A stretch of 64,000 bases of DNA, from assembly GCF_000143415.4 (NCBI RefSeq), contig NW_003314273.1, forward strand, positions 124,001 through 188,000, given 5' to 3'. This document shows, in pieces, positions 1 to 11,140 of the stretch (position 1 is the stretch's first letter; every line of letters begins with the position of its first letter). Under the pieces are notes generated by a model. That model was not told where the DNA came from. It made no database searches and saw only the letters and a list, made by a program, of their open reading frames with translations. The position numbers and the translations under genes were made by a program. The stretch comes from Selaginella moellendorffii (Eukaryota > Plantae > Lycopodiophyta).

Positions 1-217
1 TGAGATATTCCATTCGGTCCCTGCTTCCCGTTTGTTTTGAGCTTTCACTCCGAATAGAGCCCACCGTCGCTTTGGATTGGGATTTGTTTTGGCTGATCGA
101 TACACAGGAGCGCAGCGCACAGATCAGATCGCAAACTTCGACGAGAAAAGGAGAGCGATGTGGCTGGCTAGCTGGCGAGCTGTTCAGGCTCATCACACCA
201 CTGCTGGCCATTATCAT
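1..217 (-). CDS. Possible first coding exon of a gene running off the window's left edge
   Basis: Stop-free frame from ATG at 217 (MIMASSGVMSLNSSPASQPH...) to position 1, preceded by a plausible pyrimidine-rich 5'UTR GT-AG intron (~240-322). No recognisable domain. Confidence 0.25.
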   Translation of the reverse strand, partial: MIMASSGVMSLNSSPASQPHRSPFLVEVCDLICALRSCVSISQNKSQSKATVGSIRSESSKQTGSRDRMEYL

Positions 218-1501
218 CGCACCTCTCTACTGCCTTTCGCTGAAATCGAGAGCAAAGAATGGGAGCAGCGTGAGAGAGTGTGCGTTGAAATAAGAAAGAA
301 AAACAAAGAGAAAGAAACCATACCTTTGAACACTCCCCGAAATCACCAAAGCGCCTGAGTACAACACAATCAATGTCTTTGTCTCGAATCGATAATTGAC
401 TTTACTTTGTTGTTCGATCACACCTGAAAACAACGGCTTAGTGCCGGTGGTCCTGCCTGTGTTAGACAACTTAAATCGGGCCAGCACTTACTTCCTGTTT
501 TCTATCTTTTGTTAGTGATGAATAGTCGCAGCAGCAGCAGCAGCAGCAGAAGAAGTGTTGTTTGCATCGCCACCATTTGTTTATTGTTTCTCTTGGTACT
601 TTGTCATTCTTCGGAAATGGACGAAACGACTTGGCAGCGAGCGCCGAGAGAGAGGCCCCTCCATTTCTTTAATGTTGGAGATGAAATGCATGAATCATTC
701 GCGGTGAGGTAGCTGTCGCATTCCCCACCACCTTCGGATGGTTTTATCTTGTCCCATATTTGCGAGGATTCGCCCGCAACGGCATCCGGATGGCTGGCAT
801 GGCATCTCAAGCTCATAGCTTTTTCGTTGTTTCGTAGCTCGCTCCCTCCACCCAAAAGATGAATTGCCTGCGCGGTAGAAGAGTGTCAGACCACAAGGAT
901 GACAGCAAACGCGACACAAGCATGCGATGGAACTCATCTCTGTCTCGTTGTAAGTTAGCGCTGTCCTGCGGCGAAGATTCGACCAATCAAGCGCGAGCTA
1001 CTTACTGCCTCGGCCTTTACCGAATCCGCCAAGTAGTCCGCTGGGAGTGAAACTCCTCTCCGTCGTCACTCACTCATGAGAAGGCAGTGAGCTTAGAACA
1101 AAGAGAAAAGATAGAAAGTGCTACTTACTTGACAGCTGCGTTAATAGCTTGTATAGCCACGGAATCGAAGATCTTTCTGACAGAAAAGAGACCGCAAAAA
1201 AAAAAAAAAAAAAAAAAAAACAGAAAGAGAGGAGCGAAAAGACTCGTGAAAACAAAAGATGCACTGGAAAAAGCAACACGGATGGATGGCTCAAGTCGGT
1301 GGTGCTGGTAGCTCTCCTCACTCTGCGAGCGTTTCTATCTTAAATTCGTGCAAGCCAGGCTAGTAGAGATCCAAGAGAGCTGCCAAAGTAGCTTTCAGTC
1401 AGTGGAATACGACGTAAAGATAAGGATACACCGTGCGCATCGCAGCTAGGCCAGGCCACTGTAACTTGTAAGTATAAGGCCATTAGCTTAGCGTTGCCAC
1501 G

Positions 1502-2298
1502 CTACCAAACTTTGTTTGCAATGACGAGCCTGATGATCTCTTTTAACGTTTCCTGCACAGAATGAAATAAATACCAGTGTCCAAGAAGTAATAGAGCATA
1601 GATGTACCTGGGAGTGATCTTTCAATCCAAGAGACAAAACCAATGACCGCGAAGAGCCAGAGTTGCTGCCAAGAGGATTAAGATTGCTAGCATTAACACA
1701 GACTGCACAGGGAACTATGGAGATCGTTATGTACCTTATGAGCTCTATAAGCTGTCGAGCACATGCAACCAGTAGAGGCTGCAAGCAATGCAGAAGCTGA
1801 GTTCTAGAAAGAATTATGAGCTTCTGTACCTCATCTCGCCGGCCCATGAGAACGTTCACGCTGTAAGAGAGCTCCCCGCATTCGCCTTCCTCCTTCCTGC
1901 GTGGAAATATGAGAATATCAGACTGCGCGCACTGAAAGATCCAGAAAGCATGTTGGACGCTGTAGAAGCATCAGTAATTGAATCCTAGAATATAAGGCAC
2001 GGCCAGAGAGGAACACGTACCTGGCTTGTAAGATCGTGCCCATTCTTCCAATTTGCGTCGCAAGGACCTGAGCAAGAAGGTTTATATCTTTCTTTTCTCC
2101 AGAGCCAAAGTTTAATGGTCGAGCTTACCATGATATGGTCGTCATAGCCACTTAGCACGAAATGCGTCTCGCAACCCTGTCAAGCACAAAGACGCTCAGT
2201 AGAAGAAAGAACTCGAAAAAACCCAAGCTGGGCAGCGAGAGATTTACCTGGACAGTGGAAGAGAACTGTGCCGTCGAGACAGGGAAGCGACTAGCCAT
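1502..2298 (-). CDS. PAC3: Proteasome assembly chaperone 3 (PAC3/PSMG3), about 7 exons
   Basis: Manual GT-AG splicing gives MASRFPVSTAQFSSTVQ-GCETHFVLSGYDDHIM-VLATQIGRMGTILQAR-KEEGECGELSYSVNVLMGRRDE-PLLVACARQLIELI-SNSGSSRSLVLSLGLKDHSQ-ETLKEIIRLVIANKVW*, matching PAC3 family motifs (VLATQIG..GT, LxGxRDE, LVLSLGLKD, terminal xxW). Confidence 0.85.
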
Positions 2299-2334
2299 TG
2301 CCGAAAATGAAGAACCCTAGACCCCCGCTGTGAC

Positions 2335-4197
2335 TTACTTCGTATACATGTTGGCCAGCAACACGTATCCAGCAGTGTTCGTGGGACTTCCACGGAAAAG
2401 TTTCTGGGCAGCACCAGGAGCCCTCGCCAAGTCGCTGTGAGTCCCACACGACGCGAGGAACGCTGTAGCATCCGGCACGAACGGCATACTCCCAACCAGT
2501 TCTTCCGCGTCTCCGAGCTTCCCGACTCGGCCAAGTATGTCGATCATGCAGCTGAAGTGATCCTTGCTGGGTTTCACGCCGTGATCCACCACCATGGATT
2601 CGAAGCAAGCGTAGGCTTTCTCCAAGCTTCCGGCGTGGCTGAATCCCAGGAGGATGCATATGAAGCAGATCTTGTCCAGTGTCATGCCTTCCACTTGCAT
2701 CGCTCGGAAGATCTCGAGAGCTCGATCGACGTGCCCGTTGCGAGCGAATGCCACGAGAAGAGCGGTCCATGAGACGTCGTCCTGGAGCGGCATCTCGGCG
2801 AAGAGAGAGCTCGCTTCGTCCATATGCCCGTTGTGAGCGAGCACTCCCAGCATGGTCGTCCAGGAGATCTCGTCCCGGAGAGGCATCACGAAGAACAAGC
2901 TCCGGCACTCCTCCAGACTCCCAGTCGACGCCAGCGCCGCGAGCATTGCAGTCCAGGACACGACGTCCCTCACTCCTATCCGATCAAAGAGAGCTTTTGC
3001 TTCCTCCGGTTGCCCGTTCTGGCCAAAGGCGAGCAGCATCGTGTTCCATGACACCAAGTTCTGCGAGGGCATCGTGTCGAAGATCTCCCTGGCCTGTTCC
3101 AAGATTCCCTGCTCTGCGAACGCTCTCAGCATCGAGTTCCACGATATCAAGTTCCTGGCTTCCATCCTGTCGAACACCTCCTTGGTCTTCTCCAGATGCC
3201 CGTTCTGGGCATAGCAGCCTAGAAGAGTGTTCCACGAGACGAGGTTCCTCCACGGCATCTGGTCGAAGATCTCCTGTGCTTGCTCCACCAAACCATTCTG
3301 GGCATAGCCCAGGAGCATTGCGTTCCTGGCAGCGATGTCCTGGACGGGCATAGCATCGAACAAGCTCCTGGCTTTCTCGATCAATCCCGCCGCTGCATAG
3401 GCCCCCAGCATCGTCGTCCACGAGACGACGTCCTGGAAGGGCATTCGATCGAACAAGAACACCGCGTCTTCCAAGCTTCCAGCCTCGGAGAATGCCCCCA
3501 AGAGCGTCGTCCACGAGACAACGTCCCGCTCTGGCATCCAGGAGAACACCCTCTGGGCATCCTCGAGCAGCCCATTTTGCGCGAAAATCCCCAGCATCGC
3601 GTTCCAGGTGACGAGATTGTGCATCGGCATCGCGTAGAACACGTTCTTGGCACGAGAGAGGTCGCCGCTTTGGGCAAATGCCGCGATCATGGCGTTCCAG
3701 GAGATGATATCCGGATCCGGCATCCTGTCGAAGATGGCCTTGGCGGAATCGAGAAGGCCGTGCTTGGCGAAGGCGCTGCACATCGCGTTCCAGGAGATGG
3801 AATTGGGGCTTGGCATCCTGTCAAACGCCGCCTTGGCCTGGGGAAGATTGCCGCTCTCGGAGAAGGCGCCGATCATGGCCGTGCACGCCACCACATCCGG
3901 CTCCGGCATCTGCTCGAAGAATCGCGCGGCGTCGGCCAGGGATCTGTTGCGGATGCATGCCAGGATCACGAGACGCCAGGAGAAATCGTTCTTGCCTGGG
4001 GTTGCGAAGAACACCGCCTTGGCCTCCTCCAGGCATCCGCAGCTCCCATATTTCTCGACCAAAAGATTGCAGAGGTAGACGCTAGATGATCGCAGCGATT
4101 CCGCCACAGAGATCACCCGGGGATGGATGATTCTCAGGTCGGCCGCGCTCCGGCACGCCTTGATCAGCCCCACGCATTCCTCCAGCGCGGAGGCCAT
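2335..4197 (-). CDS. Intronless PLS-class pentatricopeptide repeat protein with E domain and no DYW (organellar RNA-editing specificity factor type)
   Basis: 620-aa ORF with tandem ~31-aa motifs (DVVSWTTMLGAY..G.LEEA..LFDRMP), followed by HFSCMIDILGRVGKL and an E-type end AGYVLLANMY. Confidence 0.93.
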   Translation of the reverse strand: MASALEECVGLIKACRSAADLRIIHPRVISVAESLRSSSVYLCNLLVEKYGSCGCLEEAKAVFFATPGKNDFSWRLVILACIRNRSLADAARFFEQMPEPDVVACTAMIGAFSESGNLPQAKAAFDRMPSPNSISWNAMCSAFAKHGLLDSAKAIFDRMPDPDIISWNAMIAAFAQSGDLSRAKNVFYAMPMHNLVTWNAMLGIFAQNGLLEDAQRVFSWMPERDVVSWTTLLGAFSEAGSLEDAVFLFDRMPFQDVVSWTTMLGAYAAAGLIEKARSLFDAMPVQDIAARNAMLLGYAQNGLVEQAQEIFDQMPWRNLVSWNTLLGCYAQNGHLEKTKEVFDRMEARNLISWNSMLRAFAEQGILEQAREIFDTMPSQNLVSWNTMLLAFGQNGQPEEAKALFDRIGVRDVVSWTAMLAALASTGSLEECRSLFFVMPLRDEISWTTMLGVLAHNGHMDEASSLFAEMPLQDDVSWTALLVAFARNGHVDRALEIFRAMQVEGMTLDKICFICILLGFSHAGSLEKAYACFESMVVDHGVKPSKDHFSCMIDILGRVGKLGDAEELVGSMPFVPDATAFLASCGTHSDLARAPGAAQKLFRGSPTNTAGYVLLANMYTK

Positions 4198-4319
4198 CCG
4201 CAGAGCCCTAAACCTAAGTGCGCTACTCGCCCGCCAAGATTCCGAATATCCTCAGTTTAAAAAAGACCGCCAAATAAAAAAAACCGAATATCCTCGCGAT
4301 TTAAAATTTTGTGAAACTT

Positions 4320-7300
4320 TTACACGGCCTTCTTCCTCTCTTGTAGAGTTCTAAATGTGAGCGCCTCTCCAATGGGCGGCAATACGTTGGGAATGTCGGC
4401 GCACTTGCCCAAATTGCTAAGCTTTAGGTGGCTCTTGACGACACTGGTGGAGTTTTGCTTGGATTGCTTGAAAGATCTGTGAGGAGTTTCGGAGCTCTTC
4501 ATCGATCTACAAGGAAGAAGTAGAGAAAAGGAAAAGATCGATTCGGGAGTGTAAAAATCTCACGACTAGAATCCCTGCGTACCTTCTCTTACTCGTGTCC
4601 TGATTGGAAGGCTGTAAAGGAAGCCTGTTTGCGGACGTTGGTACCTAGAGATTCTTCTCACTGTTAGAGACGGATGCTAGAGAAAAGCACGACACTCTAC
4701 CTCAAGAATCCATGCGTGTTGTAGGAGATCGTCCGGAGTCATTCGCTGGTTTTTATCCCAACGCAGGCAGCATTCCAAAAAGTTGATAAAGAGTGGGTTG
4801 TTGCACCGAAGTGCCGTCGAGAGGTTCTTGGTTCCAGGCCAGTACTTCTTTCCCCAAGAGTTGGGAACTATCCTCGGGTGATTGCTGCTATCTGGTGTTG
4901 AAGTTGATTACCAAACTTGTCTGACGAAAGTTGCGTGAGCTTACCGAAGAACATTTTTTTTCGCGTCGCATTCTCCAATAAAAAGTCTGGTGGTGTCCCA
5001 AGAATCTCCATCATACAAGCTAGCTGCTCCACTTCGTTTTCTCCCGGAAATAATGGACATCCTACGAACAGCAGATCAATCAATATCAGACACTTGAACA
5101 CGGAAGTATGGTGCGACTCACCAGAGCATAGTTCAGCTAGGATGCAACCAAAGCTCCAAACGTCAATCATGACATCGTAAGGTAGGCCTGCATAACATTT
5201 CCATCGCGGTGGAATCAGATTATTGGCGAATTTCTTTTCTTGAGAACGTACCGAGAATGACTTCTGGGGACCGATAGAAACGGCTCTGGATGTATGTATA
5301 AACTGCAAGCGAAGGTTTGGGTTGGATGAGATTCCACCGGAAATCTTAAAAAGATCTTACTCTTCTCATGTTCGAAGCAACTGGATCCAAAGTCGATCAC
5401 TTTGATCTTTGAGGACGAAGGATGGTGTAGGAGAATGTTCTCGGGCTTCAAGTCACAATGGATAACGTGCAGCTTCCGCAAGAACTTGAGTGCCTGTAGA
5501 ACCTGGATGGCAATGTCCCTGATCACCGCCATGCTTATCCCCTGGAAGTTGTTCTTCTTGATCAAGTCGTACAAGCTGATATCGTGAAGCTCGAAGGTGA
5601 TGCACAAATGGCCTCGAAAGTAGAAGCTCTCATGGATGGTTACGATGTTATAGTTGGCAGATTCTTCTGTAGCCTGCAAAGACCTTTCATAAACAATTAC
5701 ATTTCAGACAGTACTTTTCCTTGTGATGAATATGAAATTAAGTTCCAGCCTGTGCAATAAAGAATTAGTTTCAAAATGGAAGCAGGTTTTCCAAGTACCT
5801 TGTCGCGGAGGTGCTCCAGAATCTTGACTTCAATCAACGCTTGCTGATGAAACCTTTTCTTGTTGCGAATGACTTTCACGGCTCTCAGTGATTTGAGCTT
5901 GTGATCAATGCACTTCAACACTTGACCAAAGCTACCCTTCCCCAAAATACCCACTATTTCATACCGATAAGCCAGATGATCGCGTTCAACAATAAGGTAA
6001 TCTCCTCTGTCATCGTCATATCCTAGAATTGCAGGACATGATCAGATCAGCGGTGTAAAACTATCTGCAATAACACTCACCGTAGTTACAATTGCCAGAC
6101 GTGCTCGACGTTTGTATTTTGTGTGAGTTGGCGCCGATAAAAAAGACTTCTTGGTACGGAAGAATCTCTTGGTGCTCATACTCGCTCATATGACTAGAGC
6201 ATTGCTTCAGCACAACTGTCGTGATCGCCGACGTGAGTATCGTGTCAAAGATATAAAGCTTTCACTCACTTTCTGGTGTTGCAAGTACACCAGGTGGAAG
6301 AGACGGGAAAGTTGGAGCATCTGTCTTCTGGCAAACCATAGGATAGAGTCGGATCAGAAGCTTATCTTTTAGCATCGTCCCGGAAAAGGAAAATCCAGTT
6401 TTGGCTTACCTTTCTTCTCTGATAGCTACTTAAGGTTCTGCGACTCCTATCTGCAACGGCTAGTCTTGGATTTTGCTCGGAAGAAATCTGAAACAGCGAA
6501 GCGACGAAAAACGTGAGCACGCTCAAAACAAGGCGTCTGGGAAGAAGAAAGACTAACAGCGTTCGCAAGCCTGGCTGTCTGAACGCATTCAACAGGATTG
6601 CCACCAAAGCCTGCACGGTGTCACTGTAACTCTGTCAGCTCGAATAGAACAATCTCCGGCCTGGAAAACGTACCAAGAGGAACAGCACTTGAATGCTTGT
6701 CCACCGGCAGCTTCAAGGACTTCACTTTGACGCAATCTGCCCGATCCTTTGAAACAGCTCCATGACTTCCCTGTGAATTATAGTCCTCGTGAAGCCTGCA
6801 TGCCTTCTAAACTTGAAGCCATGAGGCCATTAGAAAACAAAAGGGAAATTACCTGTAACTATCGCTCATCTTGGCCGCATCCTCTTGAGAATGCTTCTCA
6901 TCTTTCAAGTTGAGGTAGTGGAGGTTCCCGTGGAACTTAGCCGCCACGGAAGGATAGCTATCCTGGTTCGTCCTCGCCGTGACGGAGAACGGATCCTTCG
7001 TCAAATGCAGCGAGAGCTTTCTGGCTTCCCAATCCGGCTTGCTCACCTTGGCCAGTGCCTCCTCCAGAGAACTCACCAAGCGCAGCGACAGCTTCTTAGC
7101 TTGCAAAGTCGACTCCGACTTCTTAGTTTTGGCATTGTCCACCTCCGAGTTTAATCCACCGCTCAACCTCGACTCGGATGGCTCCCTGTCATTGTTGTTC
7201 TGAAAGTTCCTGGTCGTCATACTCCCGTTCTTCACCGCGTAGCTATCCCCGTTAAACTTCCTATCGCTGGAAGACATGAGCTGCGTCACCGAGTAAGGAT

Positions 7301-7545
7301 ACGAGTACTTCGGAAGCTTTTCTCTGTTCTCCGTGAACCTCGCGGTCTCGGCGTGATACCCCTTGTTTGTGGCGTGATCGCCACCATAGTCCCCAGCAAG
7401 TGCATTGAACAGCGGGCTCTCTTTGGCGCTTCTCTTGAGTAGGTAATTCCTTCGATCCCCTCTAGAACTAGCTGGAGTGGACTGCGTTCCAGTCGGCTCA
7501 AACGATTCATCCTTTCCCAAATCCTGGCTCGACGAGGCCGATTCT

Positions 7546-7585
<40 letters not shown>

Positions 7586-7799
7586 GATTTTGCTTGATCT
7601 TGGCCAGATTGAGCGTCGGGAGGGCCTGCGACCGGAATTCGTTGCTCCTCTTGAGACCGCCAGACTTTGGAGCCGCAGGCAGCCCTACCTTGGACGATCC
7701 CAGCGACGGCCGCCTCATCCCACGCCGAGGAGTGCCAAGAACATCGTGCTGCGACCAGGAAGAGAAGTAATCCAGCTTCGTACCGTTGTCGGTCCTCAT
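4320..7799 (-). CDS. DYRK2: Class-2 DYRK (DYRK2/3/4-like) dual-specificity protein kinase, multi-exon
   Basis: NAPA-like [14 protein letters not shown] box [30 protein letters not shown], activation loop [13 protein letters not shown] and a C-terminal VLPPI motif. Long low-complexity N-terminal exon with polyQ. Start codon approximate. Confidence 0.9.
7548..7581. repeat. (CTG)n microsatellite encoding polyQ in the DYRK N-terminus
   Basis: About 11 consecutive CTG units, read as CAG on the minus strand. Confidence 0.9.
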
Positions 7800-8513
7800 T
7801 CTAGCGCTCACATTTCCCGGGAAGGAGCCAAGGATCGCGTTGGCACTCACCACAACAGCGCAGTCGCGAGCAGCGACGTGCGCGCATTGGAATCCATCCG
7901 AAAATCTCTCGCATTCCTCGATCGGTGAGATCGTTCGCCCTAGCTCGTTGTCAGTTAGGGCAACTGATCGAGGGGTGACACGTAACAAAAGAACAGCATA
8001 TTCCCCGTTATTATGTGAAGATTTTATTTACAAACTATTTAGAAGCTATGCTCCTGAATCCAAATCTCTCGAAGACAACGAATTTCAACTCCCACGATCA
8101 AAACTATCATCAAACTGTCCCAAAATGAGATTGCGTAATAGCAAAGAACAAGAATTCCAAAACTATACGATACAAACAAAATAGACCGACAGCGTACGAG
8201 ATATTGGAGCACTCATAAATACAAAGCACAAAGATACAGAATAGAAAACGTAGAACTTTAGTAGCAGTAACAAACAAAACTAATATACAGCCACAAGTAC
8301 CTTTCCAAGTTTCTTCTTCTCCAAACTCGAGAGAGAGAGAGAGCTGGAAAGGTCAGGAGCTTGCGTGCCATAAGAACAACAAAGATGAAGAAAACAAAGA
8401 AAGAGAAGCAGAGAAAGCACGAACATAGAAGCGACAGTACCAAAATTAAGATATACGTCGTCGTCTCATCTCTTTCGCTTTGTCCCGGTTCCTTGCGAGC
8501 CACTTTTCGTGCT

Positions 8514-11140
8514 TCACCACGACTGCGCGGAGCGCGACTCGGTGCTGCTGCTTGGCACCGCCAGGATCGTCAGCCGCCTCACGGATTTCACAAAGTTCCT
8601 GCGTAAGCAACCACGTCAAGAACTTGAAAGATCCAGGAGCTCAATCCAAGGAAAACGTACCCGTATGGCTCGCCACCGATGTAGATAGTGGATCCCTCGA
8701 GGTCCCTGTAGACCACTCGGCCGGAGAGCTTGGACTTGTCCATAGTAAACATGGAGGCCAGCCGGTCGTAGAGCTCCTCGTAGTTCCCAAACAGAGACAA
8801 GTCCAGTGTCCGGCCGACCTCTTCTTTCTCGAAGAAGATCTTGCAGTGGATGACGCCGTCATCGTCCGGGTCCGCGCCGGAGTGCTCTTTCATCCACTTG
8901 GAGCTGCCCGATTCATTGGTGACGCCTGAGTCCGGGCTCTCCCCCTGGCACAGGCGCAAGCTTGTGCTGGTTACGTTGGTGAACAGCTTGTGAGTCATGT
9001 CCGTCGTGTTGTTGGTGACGTTGCCACTGCTGGCGTTTTTGTTGCCGAGATTATTGTTGATGATGTTGTTGTCAGCCTGACCGTCTTCGAAAGACGAGTT
9101 CGAGCTGGGTTGAGCCTGAGAGGTACTCTCCTTGTACTGGTGAGAAGTCCCCTCTGATGAGCATCCACCACTCACACCCGAGTTCTGTTGCTGCTGCAGC
9201 TGCTGCTCTTCCGGATTGTAGTTTGGATCAATCGACTTCCCAAAGAGAAGAAACGTTGCAGTTCGTTTCGTCCCGGACTTTGGTGCAACCGAAGGTGGTG
9301 CGGTGGACTCGCTTTGAGTTGCTGCTGCTGGAGTTCCATAAGCCGAACGACCAGTGTTGGTGGCGTTGATGATGTTTGCCTGCTGCAACTGGAAATAGTC
9401 GTGCGGAGTAGTGGTAGTAGTAGCGAAGTTGTTTAGCCTCAAGTCGGTGGTGGCACCACGGCTAGTCATGGAATGATCTAGCGGGTAAGCTCCATCCAAA
9501 AACAACCCAGCTACACGCTGCTTAGGCTGAAACTCCGACAATGTCAGCCCGTAAAATCTCTCTTGCCTGGCTCCCTGCATGCCTGCAGGAACTTCCTCTG
9601 AAAGACTTTGCCATGGGTTCATCTGCCCCAAGACGTTGTTAGCAAGTGCGGCCATTGGCAGCCCCATGAAGCCGCCTTGGCTTTCTCCAAACTGAAGGTC
9701 AAGGGGACGGATCTTCTTCCGCGGTAGTGAAAATGGCGGTAACTGCATCGGCAGTGTTGAAACGAGCTCGACTTGCCAAGGACTCACTCGGTTCACCCCT
9801 TGCAACAAGTCCGGCTCATCCCAAGACACCTGTAAAGAACAGTAATATCGTAAATATATCGAAAGGATAAGTGCTAGTAAGCTTACCTGCAGTATACGCC
9901 ATGGAGAAGACGGCCAGCGAATGGGATCAGCGGGCTGCACAGCAGATATGGTTCCCATAAACCAACTGATTCGTGACGAGTCTTCGGTCTCGAAGGCCAT
10001 CTTGAATCTCATGCCCGGGTACCAGCTATGCTCCAGAGATGCCTTCACCACACTGGCCCTCACGCAAAACTCCGCTGTGCTAGCCCGAGGATAGTACACA
10101 ACTTCAAACGCCTGACCAGCAGCAGCCAGTGAAGCAGCTTCCAAAACGGACTTTGACGTCACCCTTGCTCGGTTCCTCGCAAAACTGGCACCACTAGTAC
10201 CAGATCCATTTCCTGACAGGAGCTCAGAGTATCCACTCTCCGACTTGATTTCCCAGCGTGACGAATTCTGCGGAAGTGACCTCTGACCAGGCGAAGAGTG
10301 CCATGAAATCCCTGAGTCGCCATTCCCAGGCCCGCGCATTGACCTTCGAACACCGACACAGAGTTCCCCGCTGGCGCTCCGGAGGAAAACTATAGCATCC
10401 CCAGCAACAAGCTTCTTCTGATTCACAAAAGTGCTCCAACCCGTTGTCAGCAAGTGCCGGCGAGGAGTGCCCCTGTAGATATGGCGGAACTTCCAGATTT
10501 CACCGTGCACGTCCTTGGCAAGAACAGTCTGGACTGGCGGATCGATGGAGTAGTCCAGGCGTGGAAAGATGGTCTCCGCACAGTACCGGGGAACAGAAAA
10601 GCCCCCACCGTTGTTGGCATCGCTCTGAGTGAGCGTCTTCGCGAAAGAGGCCGGCTTCTCCACAACAGTCGGGCTGGACACAAGCTCCTCGTCGTCACCC
10701 ATCCTCGTACCAAACAGCGGAGCCGGGGCAACTTCCGGCTGGAGCTTCATCTTTGCGTACACCTCGTCGGTCTCGGCGTCGGCCAAGAAGTCCACGGATA
10801 TGACCCGGCACAGAATTGTCCCCCCAGATCGTGGAAAGTCGGGAATTGCCGCGGCCTGTTCACCATGTCCCTGTGGGAAGTAAATCACCTTCGCTCCAAC
10901 TGGAGGTAGCTGGACCATTCCACCGGCACAGGCATGCCACAGCTGAGAGTCGAGTCCCTTCTTGGGATGATCCGAGTGAGCCTTGTTGGCGCTGTTGCTG
11001 GGGTCGGACGAAGCCATGTGAGACCTCATCATGTTGAGCGCAGTCGCGGCAGCTAGTGACTTGTGTTGAGCGGGCAGTCCCCGCTGCAAGGCAGGAGCAT
11101 GCAGAGGGGGAGCAATTTTGGCCGTTTGTACGCAAACCAT
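8514..11140 (-). CDS. ARF: Class C auxin response factor (ARF10/16/17 clade): B3, ARF and PB1 domains
   Basis: LDSQLWHACAG, SFAKTLTQSDANNGGGFSVPRYCAE, HIYRGTPRRHLLTTGWS, GMRFKMAFETEDSSR and PB1 HCKIFFEKEEVGRTLDLS. Introns at ~9831-9887 and ~8599-8660. Start may be at 11140 or 11032. Confidence 0.95.
9564..9584 (-). promoter_or_regulatory. miR160 target site in the ARF mRNA
   Basis: Plus strand reads TGCCTGGCTCCCTGCATGCC, nearly identical to miR160 (UGCCUGGCUCCCUGUAUGCCA). It encodes the conserved GMQGAR motif of class C ARFs. Confidence 0.93.

Noticed and set aside
500-1350. Short ORFs, a poly(A) run and weak miR156/miR535-like words
   Set aside because: No foldback partner or adequate identity; consistent with UTR or promoter sequence.
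2900-3900. Regular ~93-nt periodicity resembling a repeat array or CRISPR
   Set aside because: It is the coding periodicity of 31-aa PPR S motifs; there are no identical repeats with unique spacers and the context is eukaryotic.
2291-4089. Many overlapping alternative-frame and antisense ORFs across the first PPR (likewise over EFL1, LWD, the second PPR and DUF1685)
   Set aside because: Expected stop-codon scarcity in high-GC coding DNA; the translations are Arg/Pro/Ser-rich without motifs.
9831-9887. Hydrophobic insertion VSLLALILSIYLRYYCSLQ in the ARF ORF suggesting a membrane anchor
   Set aside because: It is a 57-nt in-frame GT-AG intron at the conserved LQ/V.WDE position.
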